Notes under the pieces: generated by a model
The model's input: the letters and a program-made list of their open reading frames with translations, nothing else
What the model was told of the DNA's origin: nothing
The model's database searches: none
Made by a program: the position numbers and the translations under genes
Assembly: GCA_963737155.1 (NCBI GenBank)
Contig: CAVTRN010000002.1
Span: 168,287 to 232,286, forward strand
Length of the DNA stretch: 64,000 nt
Direction: 5' to 3'
Origin: Nitrospirota bacterium
GTDB taxonomy: Bacteria > Nitrospirota > UBA9217
Shown here: in pieces, positions 9,890-17,956 of the stretch
Position numbering within the stretch: the first letter of the stretch is position 1
How the letters are laid out: each line of letters opens with the position of its first letter

Positions 9890-10135
9890 CTTAAGCATAT
9901 AGAATTAGAATTCGACACCAATGGGGTTTCGTTTGAACAACGTGCTTTTCTCGATCCTTACCGTATCATCATGGAGGTCCTGGAACACAGTACCGAGGAA
10001 AATAGACATTATTGCATCGGATGTGCTGGCGAAGGAATCATGACTGTTAGATTCACGTTTCGCGGAAGTGTTAAACGTCTATATGGCGCCGGATATTGGA
10101 GGAAGGAAAGAAAAAGATACGAAGATCAAAATTAA
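9890..10135 (+). pseudogene. decayed BrnT (DUF497) toxin gene; brnA-like debris follows to about 10330
   Basis: Frame translation ...IELEFDTNGVSFEQRAFLDPYRIIMEVLEHSTEENRHYCIG.AGEGIMTVRFTFRGSVKRLYGAGYWRKERKRYEDQN* matches the BrnT pattern. It lacks a start codon and about 15 N-terminal residues. Confidence 0.45.
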
Positions 10136-10409
10136 AGACACCGATGAACTGATGGGTATATTGAAAGTAACAAAGATTATCTGCCACCTCCGGATCAGTC
10201 AGTACTTAAAGAAGACAATGTCAAGGGAACGCCTGCCCTAAAAAAGTCGAGTGTTGAATCCTATAAGAAAGAGGCCAATAGGCATCACACGTCGTATAAA
10301 AAAAATGATATGTCAGCTTGTCGATTGGTACTCCTCTCGCCATCAATAGGTGGAGCTGTTAATATCTGCTCATATTATACTATACAGAATTACTGATTGA
10401 AGTATGTAC

Positions 10410-10489
10410 TGTCGGAATCTGCAGTCAGTATCCGAAACGATCGAAATTGATGTCCGAGACAAATCGGAACAATTGTCCGAAATCAATCG
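10410..10489 (+). repeat. phased direct repeats TCCGA(A/G)A(C/T)-N-ATCG, period 22-23 bp
   Basis: Units lie at 10431-10443, 10453-10466 and 10476-10489, preceded by a related TGTCGGAAT at 10410. No ORF overlaps them. Confidence 0.5.
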
Positions 10490-11355
10490 TAATGGCAGGC
10501 CGACCCTATTGGAATACGCAACAAGAATAAACTATTAAATTAACATTATCTGAATTGTTATGATGCTAATGAGGTATATTTTTACGCGTTTCACACTGGT
10601 GGTATATGCTTCATAGCTGTCATGTGAAACACTGGTAGGAATTAAATAGAGAAGGATTTGTGAATCGCTGTGAAACGGATTTAAAAGGTATCACAAGGGG
10701 CATCAATCTTCATTCGGGACTGAAAAAAGAAGGCTTATAAGTCGGAAAAGCAGAGTCGCTATCTTGCGTCTTCTACAGTATTTAAAAGTATTCAGTTCGG
10801 AGGGCAAAAATGACAAAAAAGTGTCAAGAAAGCGAATAATTCCGTTTAAGTTTTTAATCAGGAGTATTTTCTGTAGCTGTTGAAGTTTCCCTTCTCTATA
10901 CACGGCGTCAAATATAATTGCTCATATACTGCCATTTTTGGCTCGATATCTGTTATTTCGCAAAAAGGACATGCGCAACTATTTATGACGCTGAGTATAA
11001 ATACTTCAACTTATAGGCCGTATTTGTCAGTGTCCCTCCTCCATAAATACCCATCTGTATTTCTGTCTTGACAACTTCCCGACTCACTGGTATCATATAA
11101 AAAATATCATATATGTTAGGATTGGATGTTACATAATTTGGCTCGATAAATTGTCTTTTCACGCTTGGGAATGCAGCAAGGTCACGGTTTGTTAATGCCA
11201 TGGAAATCTTCATGTATTATGTAATTATTATATTTCAGTGTTTTTTATCATCATCTTCGCTGCATCAGTCGTTCATTCTTTCCTTCCACCAGAAAAGACA
11301 AAACGCATTTGATCCCATAAAAAATAGATTATTTGTAGGAAAGGAATAATCTCGC

Positions 11356-11739
11356 ATGGAAAAATTATCTATTATATTCAAGGCCCTTTCGGACGAAACT
11401 CGGCTCAGGATTGTGAAGCTTCTTGAGCACGGCGAGCTTTGCGTCTGCGATATTGTCGCCGCGCTGAACGTCGTTCAACCCAAGGCCTCGTTCCACCTCG
11501 GAGTATTGAAGGAGGCGGGTTTTATCAAGGACCGGAAGCAGGGCAAGTGGATTCATTACAGCTTGAACGAAGCCGATTTATTCAGGAGGATGCTTATGGT
11601 ATCGATATGCGAAAAGGCTGAAGGCAACTTCATAGAGGAAGACCGGAAGCGCCTTGTCCGATTTCTCATGTCGAAGAAAGCAGGCAGTGATTGCCTCCCA
11701 ACGAAAAAAATGTTGGCTTCTGCGGAGTCTAACTTATGA
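11356..11739 (+). CDS. arsR: ArsR/SmtB family metalloregulator
   Basis: SDETRLRIVKLLEHGELCVCDIVAAL... carries the ELCVCD As(III)-site motif and a winged HTH. It is the first gene of an ars cluster. Confidence 0.9.
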   Translation: MEKLSIIFKALSDETRLRIVKLLEHGELCVCDIVAALNVVQPKASFHLGVLKEAGFIKDRKQGKWIHYSLNEADLFRRMLMVSICEKAEGNFIEEDRKRLVRFLMSKKAGSDCLPTKKMLASAESNL

Positions 11740-12452
11740 GGATAGCAGTTTTTGGAGATATACACGGAAATATCGAGGCACTCAAAGCAGCCTATGATGC
11801 GGCTATGACTTTGCAGCCCGACAAGACATATCACCTCGGCGATCTCGGCGGCTATGCGCCCTTTGTGAATGAGGTCGTGTATTTCCTTGTCGAGCATGGC
11901 ATCGATGGCGTGCAGGGGAACTACGACGAGGCAATAGCGAATGACCGCGAGCACTGCGGATGCAAGGCAGAGGATCTTGTCCAGGAGGAGATGGCAAACC
12001 TGTCCTTTGCCTGGACGAAGAAACACACATCAGCGAAGAGCAAAGCCTACATGAAGAGCCTACCGATAAAGATTACATTTACTGCCGAAGGGAGGAAGAT
12101 CGTATTGTTCCACGCAACACCCCACAAAAATAACCTCTACTGGTATGAGGACCGACCGGAGAAGTTCTTTCTTGAGATGGCCGAGAAAAGCGATGCCGAT
12201 GTCATGATCTATGGGCATATTCACAGGCCGTACAGAAAAGACATCAACGGAAAAGTCTTTATCAGTGCTGGAAGCGTAGGCAAGCCCAAGGACGGTGATG
12301 CAAGAGCATGCGTTGCAGTAGTGGACATAACACCGAAGGCCGTTGATGCAAAGTTTATTCGCGTGCCATACGAATTAGAAAAGGTAGCAGGCGCCATCAT
12401 CGAAAGCAGCTTGCCTGCGTATTTCGCCGACAAGCTGAGGCGCGGGGCATGA
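11736..12452 (+). CDS. metallophosphoesterase (YfcE-like)
   Basis: Calcineurin-like phosphoesterase motifs are [22 protein letters not shown] and IYGHIH. Its start overlaps the arsR stop (ATGA). Confidence 0.85.
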   Translation: MRIAVFGDIHGNIEALKAAYDAAMTLQPDKTYHLGDLGGYAPFVNEVVYFLVEHGIDGVQGNYDEAIANDREHCGCKAEDLVQEEMANLSFAWTKKHTSAKSKAYMKSLPIKITFTAEGRKIVLFHATPHKNNLYWYEDRPEKFFLEMAEKSDADVMIYGHIHRPYRKDINGKVFISAGSVGKPKDGDARACVAVVDITPKAVDAKFIRVPYELEKVAGAIIESSLPAYFADKLRRGA

Positions 12453-12471
12453 ACCAGGACCAGTATCAGGG

Positions 12472-13563
12472 ATGAGGAATACTATGACCGACTCAGGCAA
12501 AAAGAAATTATCTTTCATCGATCGTTTTCTGACTTTGTGGATCTTTGCTGCAATGGCCATTGGGGTTGGGCTGGGGTATTTCGTTCCTGGCACTGGGAAA
12601 CTGATTAATAGCTTTCAGGTCGGCACTACGAACATTCCTATCGCCATCGGACTTGTCCTGATGATGTATCCCCCGCTTGCCAAAGTTAAGTACGAAGAAC
12701 TGGGCGAGGTCTTCCGGAACAAAAAGATTCTGATCCTATCACTCGTCCAGAACTGGATTATCGGTCCGGTCCTGATGTTTGTTCTTGCTATCATATTCCT
12801 TCGGGGCTATCCCGACTATATGGTAGGCCTCATCATGATCGGGCTTGCCCGCTGCATCGCCATGGTCATAGTATGGAACGAGCTCGCCTGCGGCGATTCC
12901 GAGTACGCGGCTGGACTCGTGGCGTTCAATTCCGTATTTCAAGTCCTCTTCTTCTCGGTTTACGCATATGTCTTCATAACCGTTCTGCCCGCCTGGTTCG
13001 GACTCAAGGGCGTCGTAGTCAATGTTACCATCGGCCAGATTGCACAAAGCGTCTTTATCTATCTCGGAATACCCTTCATTGCCGGAATGCTGACACGGTT
13101 CAGCCTCATGAGGGTCAAGGGACGACAATGGTACGAACAATCATTCATCCCCAAGATCAGCCCTTTTACTCTCGTATTTCTCCTATTCACCATTGTTGTC
13201 ATGTTCTCGCTCAAAGGCAGTTATATTATCAGGCTTCCGCTTGATGTCATCCGGATCGCAGTCCCACTGCTTATCTATTTCGTTGTCATGTTTCTGGTCT
13301 CGTTCTATCTCGGGAAAAAGATCGGTGCAGACTATCCAAAGACAGCGACGCTTTCTTTCACAGCTGCAAGCAACAACTTCGAGCTCGCCATCGCTGTTGC
13401 CGTGGCTGTTTTCGGGATCAATTCTGGATCGGCCTTTGCCGCCGTCATTGGTCCCCTGGTAGAAGTTCCTGTGCTGATCGGTCTCGTGAATGTCGCCCGG
13501 TATTTTCAAAAGAGATATTTCACGCTCGCATACTGCCGGGTAAACTCAACGACGCCAATGTAG
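12472..13563 (+). CDS. acr3: ACR3 family arsenite efflux permease
   Basis: 363-aa 10-TM protein. The N-terminal [15 protein letters not shown]... and overall pattern are typical of Acr3, and it sits in an ars context. Confidence 0.9.
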   Translation: MRNTMTDSGKKKLSFIDRFLTLWIFAAMAIGVGLGYFVPGTGKLINSFQVGTTNIPIAIGLVLMMYPPLAKVKYEELGEVFRNKKILILSLVQNWIIGPVLMFVLAIIFLRGYPDYMVGLIMIGLARCIAMVIVWNELACGDSEYAAGLVAFNSVFQVLFFSVYAYVFITVLPAWFGLKGVVVNVTIGQIAQSVFIYLGIPFIAGMLTRFSLMRVKGRQWYEQSFIPKISPFTLVFLLFTIVVMFSLKGSYIIRLPLDVIRIAVPLLIYFVVMFLVSFYLGKKIGADYPKTATLSFTAASNNFELAIAVAVAVFGINSGSAFAAVIGPLVEVPVLIGLVNVARYFQKRYFTLAYCRVNSTTPM

Positions 13564-13746
13564 TAACGGTTCAGGCTAAATAATTGAGGAAAGGGGTCAA
13601 TCCCGAGCTTATCATCGGGTACCGTCATTCCGCCGAAGGACTGACTGGTACGATAAAAGAGGTTGAATTGCACGGGTCAGGTCTTTACATATAATAATTA
13701 TAGAAGCTAACCCGTCGCCTAACGCTGTATATAGGGAGGTAATGAC

Positions 13747-14397
13747 ATGAAAGTACGACACAGCATTTTAATTGCGTTATTATTGCCGGTTCTTATGGTA
13801 ATGAGTATTGTCAGCGCAGGCAGCGGCGCAAGCAACGATAACTCAATCAGGCTACCCATGACCGGTCAGACGACTTGCTATGACAGCTCAGGCATCGTAA
13901 TATCCTGTGCTAATACAGGGCAAGATGGAGACCTGCAAAAAGGCGTTGCTTGGCCCAATCCGCGTTTTACCGCGAACGCTGATGCCACGATTACCGACAA
14001 TCTTACAGGGCTTGTCTGGGCGCCCAATGGCAATCTCATGCAGACAAGAGATTCTGGTTGGAAACAGTACCGGACATTCGTCGGAGCGGTTACATGGCAG
14101 TATGCCCTTGATTATGTTGCAAAGCTGAATGCTGAAAATTATCTTGGGCATAACGACTGGCGTTTGCCGAACTTAAAAGAACTCGGAAGCCTTGTCAATA
14201 ATGCCCAGCTCGATACCGCCGAGTGGCTGAATAGCCAAGGATTCACCAATGTACAGGCTGGGGACTTCTATTGGTCATCTACCTCGTATGCCAACGATGC
14301 CGTCAAGGCATGGGTCGTCGACATGACCTACGGCAACCTGCACTACCTCAATAAGGCAAATGACCACTTTGTATGGCCTGTACGTGGGGGACAGTAG
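13747..14397 (+). CDS. secreted DUF1566 (Lcl C-terminal domain) protein
   Basis: Signal peptide, then TGLVWAPNG...WQYALDYV...NDWRLPNLKELGSLV...YWSSTSY, the DUF1566 signature. GGGAGG SD. Confidence 0.8.
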   Translation: MKVRHSILIALLLPVLMVMSIVSAGSGASNDNSIRLPMTGQTTCYDSSGIVISCANTGQDGDLQKGVAWPNPRFTANADATITDNLTGLVWAPNGNLMQTRDSGWKQYRTFVGAVTWQYALDYVAKLNAENYLGHNDWRLPNLKELGSLVNNAQLDTAEWLNSQGFTNVQAGDFYWSSTSYANDAVKAWVVDMTYGNLHYLNKANDHFVWPVRGGQ

Positions 14398-14593
14398 CTA
14401 TTCGAACATTTGAGAGTTTGTACGGGGCGCCGGGGCGCCTGCCGGCTTTAGTGCGCCGGACATTCGCTTTATCGATGACCCTTGGGGGGCCCCTCACTAA
14501 CAGGCCTTTCCTGCTACTCTTTCATCTATCTGATTTCTTGTATTAAAAGAAGTCAGTATCCCCTCTTCACCTTCTAACAGTTTCACCGGGGGG

Positions 14594-14628
14594 ATAAAAA
14601 AAGGGCTACAGCAGTTGCTGTAACCCTA
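14594..14628 (-). terminator. rho-independent terminator downstream of the tRNA-fMet remnant
   Basis: On the minus strand, hairpin GGGTTACAGCA-ACT-GCTGTAGCCC (one mismatch) is followed by TTTTTTT. Confidence 0.6.
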
Positions 14629-14637
14629 AGAATTGAT

Positions 14638-14683
14638 TGGTAGCGGGGGCCGGATCTGAACCGACGACCTTCGGGTTATGAGC
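14638..14683 (-). pseudogene. tRNA-fMet 3' half (anticodon loop to CCA), att-like remnant
   Basis: The minus strand reads GCTCATAACCCGAAGGTCGTCGGTTCAGATCCGGCCCCCGCTACCA. This is almost identical to the 3' 46 nt of E. coli initiator tRNA as I recall it. Sequence where the 5' half should be (14684+) is unrelated. Confidence 0.8.
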
Positions 14684-14745
14684 TCTTTGTGAAACTCTAC
14701 ATCCTTTTAATTACAATAAGTTTTAGTTTTTTGAACCAGTGAAAT

Positions 14746-15000
14746 ACCGTTCCTAAAAACATAGTATTTTATTTCTCATAACTATGACGGCAGCCGAACA
14801 GTGCTGCTGCCGGTTAACGTCAGGGATTCCCGCCCTGATTCGCCCAAGTCCCGTTGTTTGCTGATCGGGATTGCTTCCGGTGCCTTTTCAGTAAGACTGC
14901 TACTGGCAGGTGGCCCGGAGAATTGCGCTGTCGACGGGATGATGGCTTCTTCTGCAATTCAGCGCAGCCTGGGGAGTCCTGTAAGGACCGTCGTTGATAG
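14746..15000 (-). ncRNA. candidate TnpB guide-RNA (omega/reRNA) scaffold at the element right end
   Basis: It overlaps the 3' tail of the tnpB-like ORF and both strands are ORF-open. Hairpin CAGTA(14889-14893)/TACTG(14901-14905) becomes CAGCA/TGCTG in copy 2, a compensatory pair. Confidence 0.35.
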
Positions 15001-16191
15001 AGACTGTGATGATTGCCACAACCTCCCCGAGTCTTCATCTTGCTCCAAAACTTCCAGACGTGCTCCTCTCGATTCCTTGCAGGTAGAGGGGAGGCGGTTC
15101 TGCTTGGTATGGGAGACTCGGAATATCCTTGAACTCTTCTCGCGATCGCAAGCGCCGCTGCTTCATGCGGCGAGATGCCATGAAAAGACATATAATTGTT
15201 TCTGCCGATAGCGGATGTGTAAGCAGGATTCACGGAGAGCACACCGACGCCTGCCTTATATGCTCTGCGGTCAAGCATGTTTAAAAAGGTGGAATAGGCG
15301 AACCCGGATAGCATCCGCGCATACGTTACTCCCTGTTCTTTAAGAGATGCTTTCTTCTTTTCGAAGTCAAGAGTTTCATGAGCGACGGGTTTCCCTGTTT
15401 TAATTGACCGGTCGATAATGCCGACGCAGATATCACCGTAAGTTGCCTCGGTCTGTTCCGTGGTTCTGTCTTTTATACATGCAGCATACGTTGTGTGCCA
15501 GACAAAATTGCCGAACCGGTCAGTACGATCCCAGACAAAACGATGAAGAGCTTCGGGCAGCCTTCCAGGCAGACAGCCAGTTATTGTGGGATTTATAACC
15601 GTTTTCAGAAAGGCTAAACTGCTTGTAGAAAAGTTTTTTCGTCCCAAAGCAAATCCTGATTCGGCCTTTGTCCAAATCGTATTTCAGTTTTTCGAGTTTT
15701 TGCTCCGATGAATGGAGCTTCCGTTTTTTGTTATGGACCGCAAACCGGAGAGACTTCACCCTGGGCGTTTTCTCATGTCCGGACAATTTTTCGTCTTTGC
15801 GTATGTCAATGACATTGTTCTCTTTGGTTCTAATCCATTTTCGCACAGATTTTATTTTTTGTTCGAGCTTTCCAACCCGCAGTTTCAATATCTCAACCGC
15901 GGAACTGATATTGCCGTCAAGATCGTAGCGGATAGCGTTAAACTGCCGGGCGGTAATACCATACTTAACAAGATACTCATTTTTGAATGAAATGGGTTTG
16001 TTGCCGGAACGAACGCTGTCTTTAAAGAGAGAGCGTTTGATGTGCCCGTATGAGTCGCCGATATCGTCAAGAACATGATAAAGAGACTTCTTTGTGTCCA
16101 GGTAAGACATGTCAATCAGCAAAGTTTGAGCGGTAAAAGAAAGTGTTTCACTTTTGCCGCTCTTGCCCATTTTATCCTTATTACTTGCCAT
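14820..16191 (-). pseudogene. tnpB: TnpB-like gene with internal deletion/frameshift (track ORFs 15520..16191 and 14820..15647)
   Basis: The N-terminal ORF ends ...WLSAWKAARSSSSFCLGSY*. The C-terminal ORF resumes at ...RFGNFVWHTTYAAC. Copy 2 shows that the segment carrying the RuvC-I motif (YIGVDANEKEIAVSE) is missing here. Breakpoint is at 15524/15525. Confidence 0.75.
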
Positions 16192-16747
16192 TTTCCATGG
16201 CCTCCAGAGCTTTTTTTGCTTTATTGGCCGCTGACCGGCGTCCGTAGAGCCTTGCGCAAAACGATGTCAATACTTCAATCATGTCCTGCACCAGATCGTC
16301 CTTTAGCTCGGTCTGGTCTACAATAATAAGTTGACGACCTTGAGCTCGAAGTGCCGATTCTACATACTCAGACCCAAACCGCATAAGCCGGTCACGATGC
16401 AAGGCGACAATAATACTGACGTTGGAGTCGGCAAGCAGCTTCATGAGTTTTGGCCTGTGCCCATTAAGACCAGATCCAACCTCAGACACCGCTTTTGAAA
16501 CTGACAACCCTTTGGAAGCGGCATATACGGAAAGCCGCCCGAGCTGCCCGTCCAGGTCTTTCTTTTGGTCATGACTGGATACCCGGGCATAAATAGCAAC
16601 AGAACCTTGGGCAGTTTTCTGCTCTTTTATAATGATGGTTCCGGTAGGCATCTGCTCAGCCTCAACCGGCAGCTTGCCAGCCTTCCACCATTTCCATGCC
16701 GCTTGATAGGTTATACCTTGTTGCTTTGCCCATACGCTTAGCTTCAT
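16181..16747 (-). CDS. tnpA: IS607 family serine recombinase/transposase
   Basis: 188 aa. It has an N-terminal MerR-like HTH (LSVWAKQQGITYQAAWKWWKAGKLP) and then the resolvase catalytic core VAIYARVSSHDQKKDLDGQ. Confidence 0.9.
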   Translation of the reverse strand: MKLSVWAKQQGITYQAAWKWWKAGKLPVEAEQMPTGTIIIKEQKTAQGSVAIYARVSSHDQKKDLDGQLGRLSVYAASKGLSVSKAVSEVGSGLNGHRPKLMKLLADSNVSIIVALHRDRLMRFGSEYVESALRAQGRQLIIVDQTELKDDLVQDMIEVLTSFCARLYGRRSAANKAKKALEAMENGK

Positions 16748-16753
16748 AAATAC

Positions 16754-16762
16754 ATTATATCA
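16754..16762 (-). promoter_or_regulatory. extended -10 (TGATATAAT) ending 6 nt before the tnpA ATG; possible leaderless mRNA
   Basis: The minus strand reads TATGATATAATGTATTTATG. No Shine-Dalgarno is present. Confidence 0.4.
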
Positions 16763-16771
16763 TATAAAATT

Positions 16772-16905
16772 ATATTATACAATATAAATATTAACAGTAT
16801 TCCACCCTCTTTTCGACCAGCAACTCTTGCACCATGGATCATCGGGCGTAACGCCAAAAATTATTTGTCAGGTATGCTCTCGCCGATTATGATATTGTAT
16901 AATAT
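16772..16905. repeat. 14-bp inverted repeat ATATTATACAATAT (16772-16785) / ATATTGTATAATAT (16892-16905) upstream of tnpA
   Basis: Exact reverse complements about 106 bp apart in AT-rich DNA. Each is followed by an ATATTAACA-like motif. These are candidate recombinase-binding or left-end sequences. Confidence 0.4.
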
Positions 16906-17063
16906 TAACATTTACACCGGCTAAACCGTCATGAACGACTTTTCTTCAACAACGCAGGTTTTCTGATTGCGGAACCCCTGAGCCGGACTTTAATGTCATT
17001 GCCGCTTTTCCGTATCGTCCCCGACCGAGAGGCGGCACACTGCAAGGGGAAGTTACTATCGAC

Positions 17064-17750
17064 GTGAACACAGAGAATCAGACGATCCCTGACGCGAATG
17101 AGTGCGTGATCCTCCTGCATGGTCTGGGCCGCTTCAGACAGTCCATGCGCAGGATCGACAAGCATCTGAAAAGTCTTGGCTATACAACCATCAACCTCGC
17201 CTATCCTTCAACGACCAAATCGATCGAGACAATCGCCGAAACTCACCTTGCACGCGCTGTGCGGAGCTGTGAGACCGATGGATCGAGGAAAATCCATTTC
17301 GTCGGGCATTCCCTGGGCGGCCTCATCGTACGTCAGTACCTGCAGAGGCATTCGGTGCCCGCCGGCAGTAGGTTCGTGATGATCTCCTCGCCGAACCAGG
17401 GGAGCGAACTCGTCGACCTACTCCTGCATGTTCCCCTATACCGGTGGGTAACCGGTCCGGCCGGCCAGGAGATAGGAAGAGGACCGGAGTCCGTAGTCCA
17501 TCGCTTGAAGCCGGTAGAGGTCGAGATAGGCGTGATAGCGGGAAACCGCAGCATGAACCTACTGGTCTCCATCTTCATGGACGAGCCAGGCGATGGTATG
17601 GTTTCGGTGAAAAGCACCATGCTCCCGGAGATGCGTGACTTCATCGTAGTCCCAAGCACCCACACGTTTATCATGAATAATCCACTCGTAATGAGGCAGG
17701 TCGCGAATTTTTTCAAGTACGGGAGGTTCGACCATAGCAGGACAGGATGA
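17064..17750 (+). CDS. alpha/beta hydrolase (lipase/esterase-like)
   Basis: GTG start. VILLHGLGRF... is followed by the nucleophile elbow HFVGHSLGGLIV and then SSPNQGSELVD. Confidence 0.8.
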   Translation: MNTENQTIPDANECVILLHGLGRFRQSMRRIDKHLKSLGYTTINLAYPSTTKSIETIAETHLARAVRSCETDGSRKIHFVGHSLGGLIVRQYLQRHSVPAGSRFVMISSPNQGSELVDLLLHVPLYRWVTGPAGQEIGRGPESVVHRLKPVEVEIGVIAGNRSMNLLVSIFMDEPGDGMVSVKSTMLPEMRDFIVVPSTHTFIMNNPLVMRQVANFFKYGRFDHSRTG

Positions 17751-17956
17751 GCAAGACTGCAAGCCGGGCTGAAGGAGGATAAGCCTCGGATTTGTTCCTC
17801 GCTCTGTCTGCGGCATGCTTCTCATCTCTCCGAGTGCTCAATCCTTTTATCAATCCTTGGCGCCAACCTCCCTAACCCGGACAAGCCGGAACCAAGAGGT
17901 TTTATAAAAACCATGATACAATGAAGGCTCTACTCATTGTAGTCATGGAGGTTGCT

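Larger units (their letters stand above)
14746..16920 (-). mobile_element. IS607-family element, copy 1 (tnpA plus internally deleted tnpB-like gene); left-end boundary uncertain
   Basis: A serine-recombinase tnpA overlaps a tnpB-like ORF. The right end is fixed at 14746 because identity with the second copy (63021) starts there. The boundary beyond tnpA (16748-16920) is not determinable. Confidence 0.7.

Noticed and set aside
10983-11213. 76-aa minus-strand ORF upstream of arsR
   Set aside because: No SD and no recognisable motif, in an AT-rich intergenic context.
10410-14640. Tn7-like transposon whose left end would be the TGT...phased repeats at 10410 and whose cargo would be the ars operon next to the tRNA remnant
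   Set aside because: There are no tnsA/B/C-like genes and no inverted copy of the repeat array near 14.4-14.6 kb (only one weak CCGGACA...ATCGAT match).
14801-15211. 136-aa plus-strand ORF (and its twin 63076..63486) opposite the tnpB tail
   Set aside because: No RBS and no motif. Openness of both strands is better explained by RNA-structure constraint at the element end.
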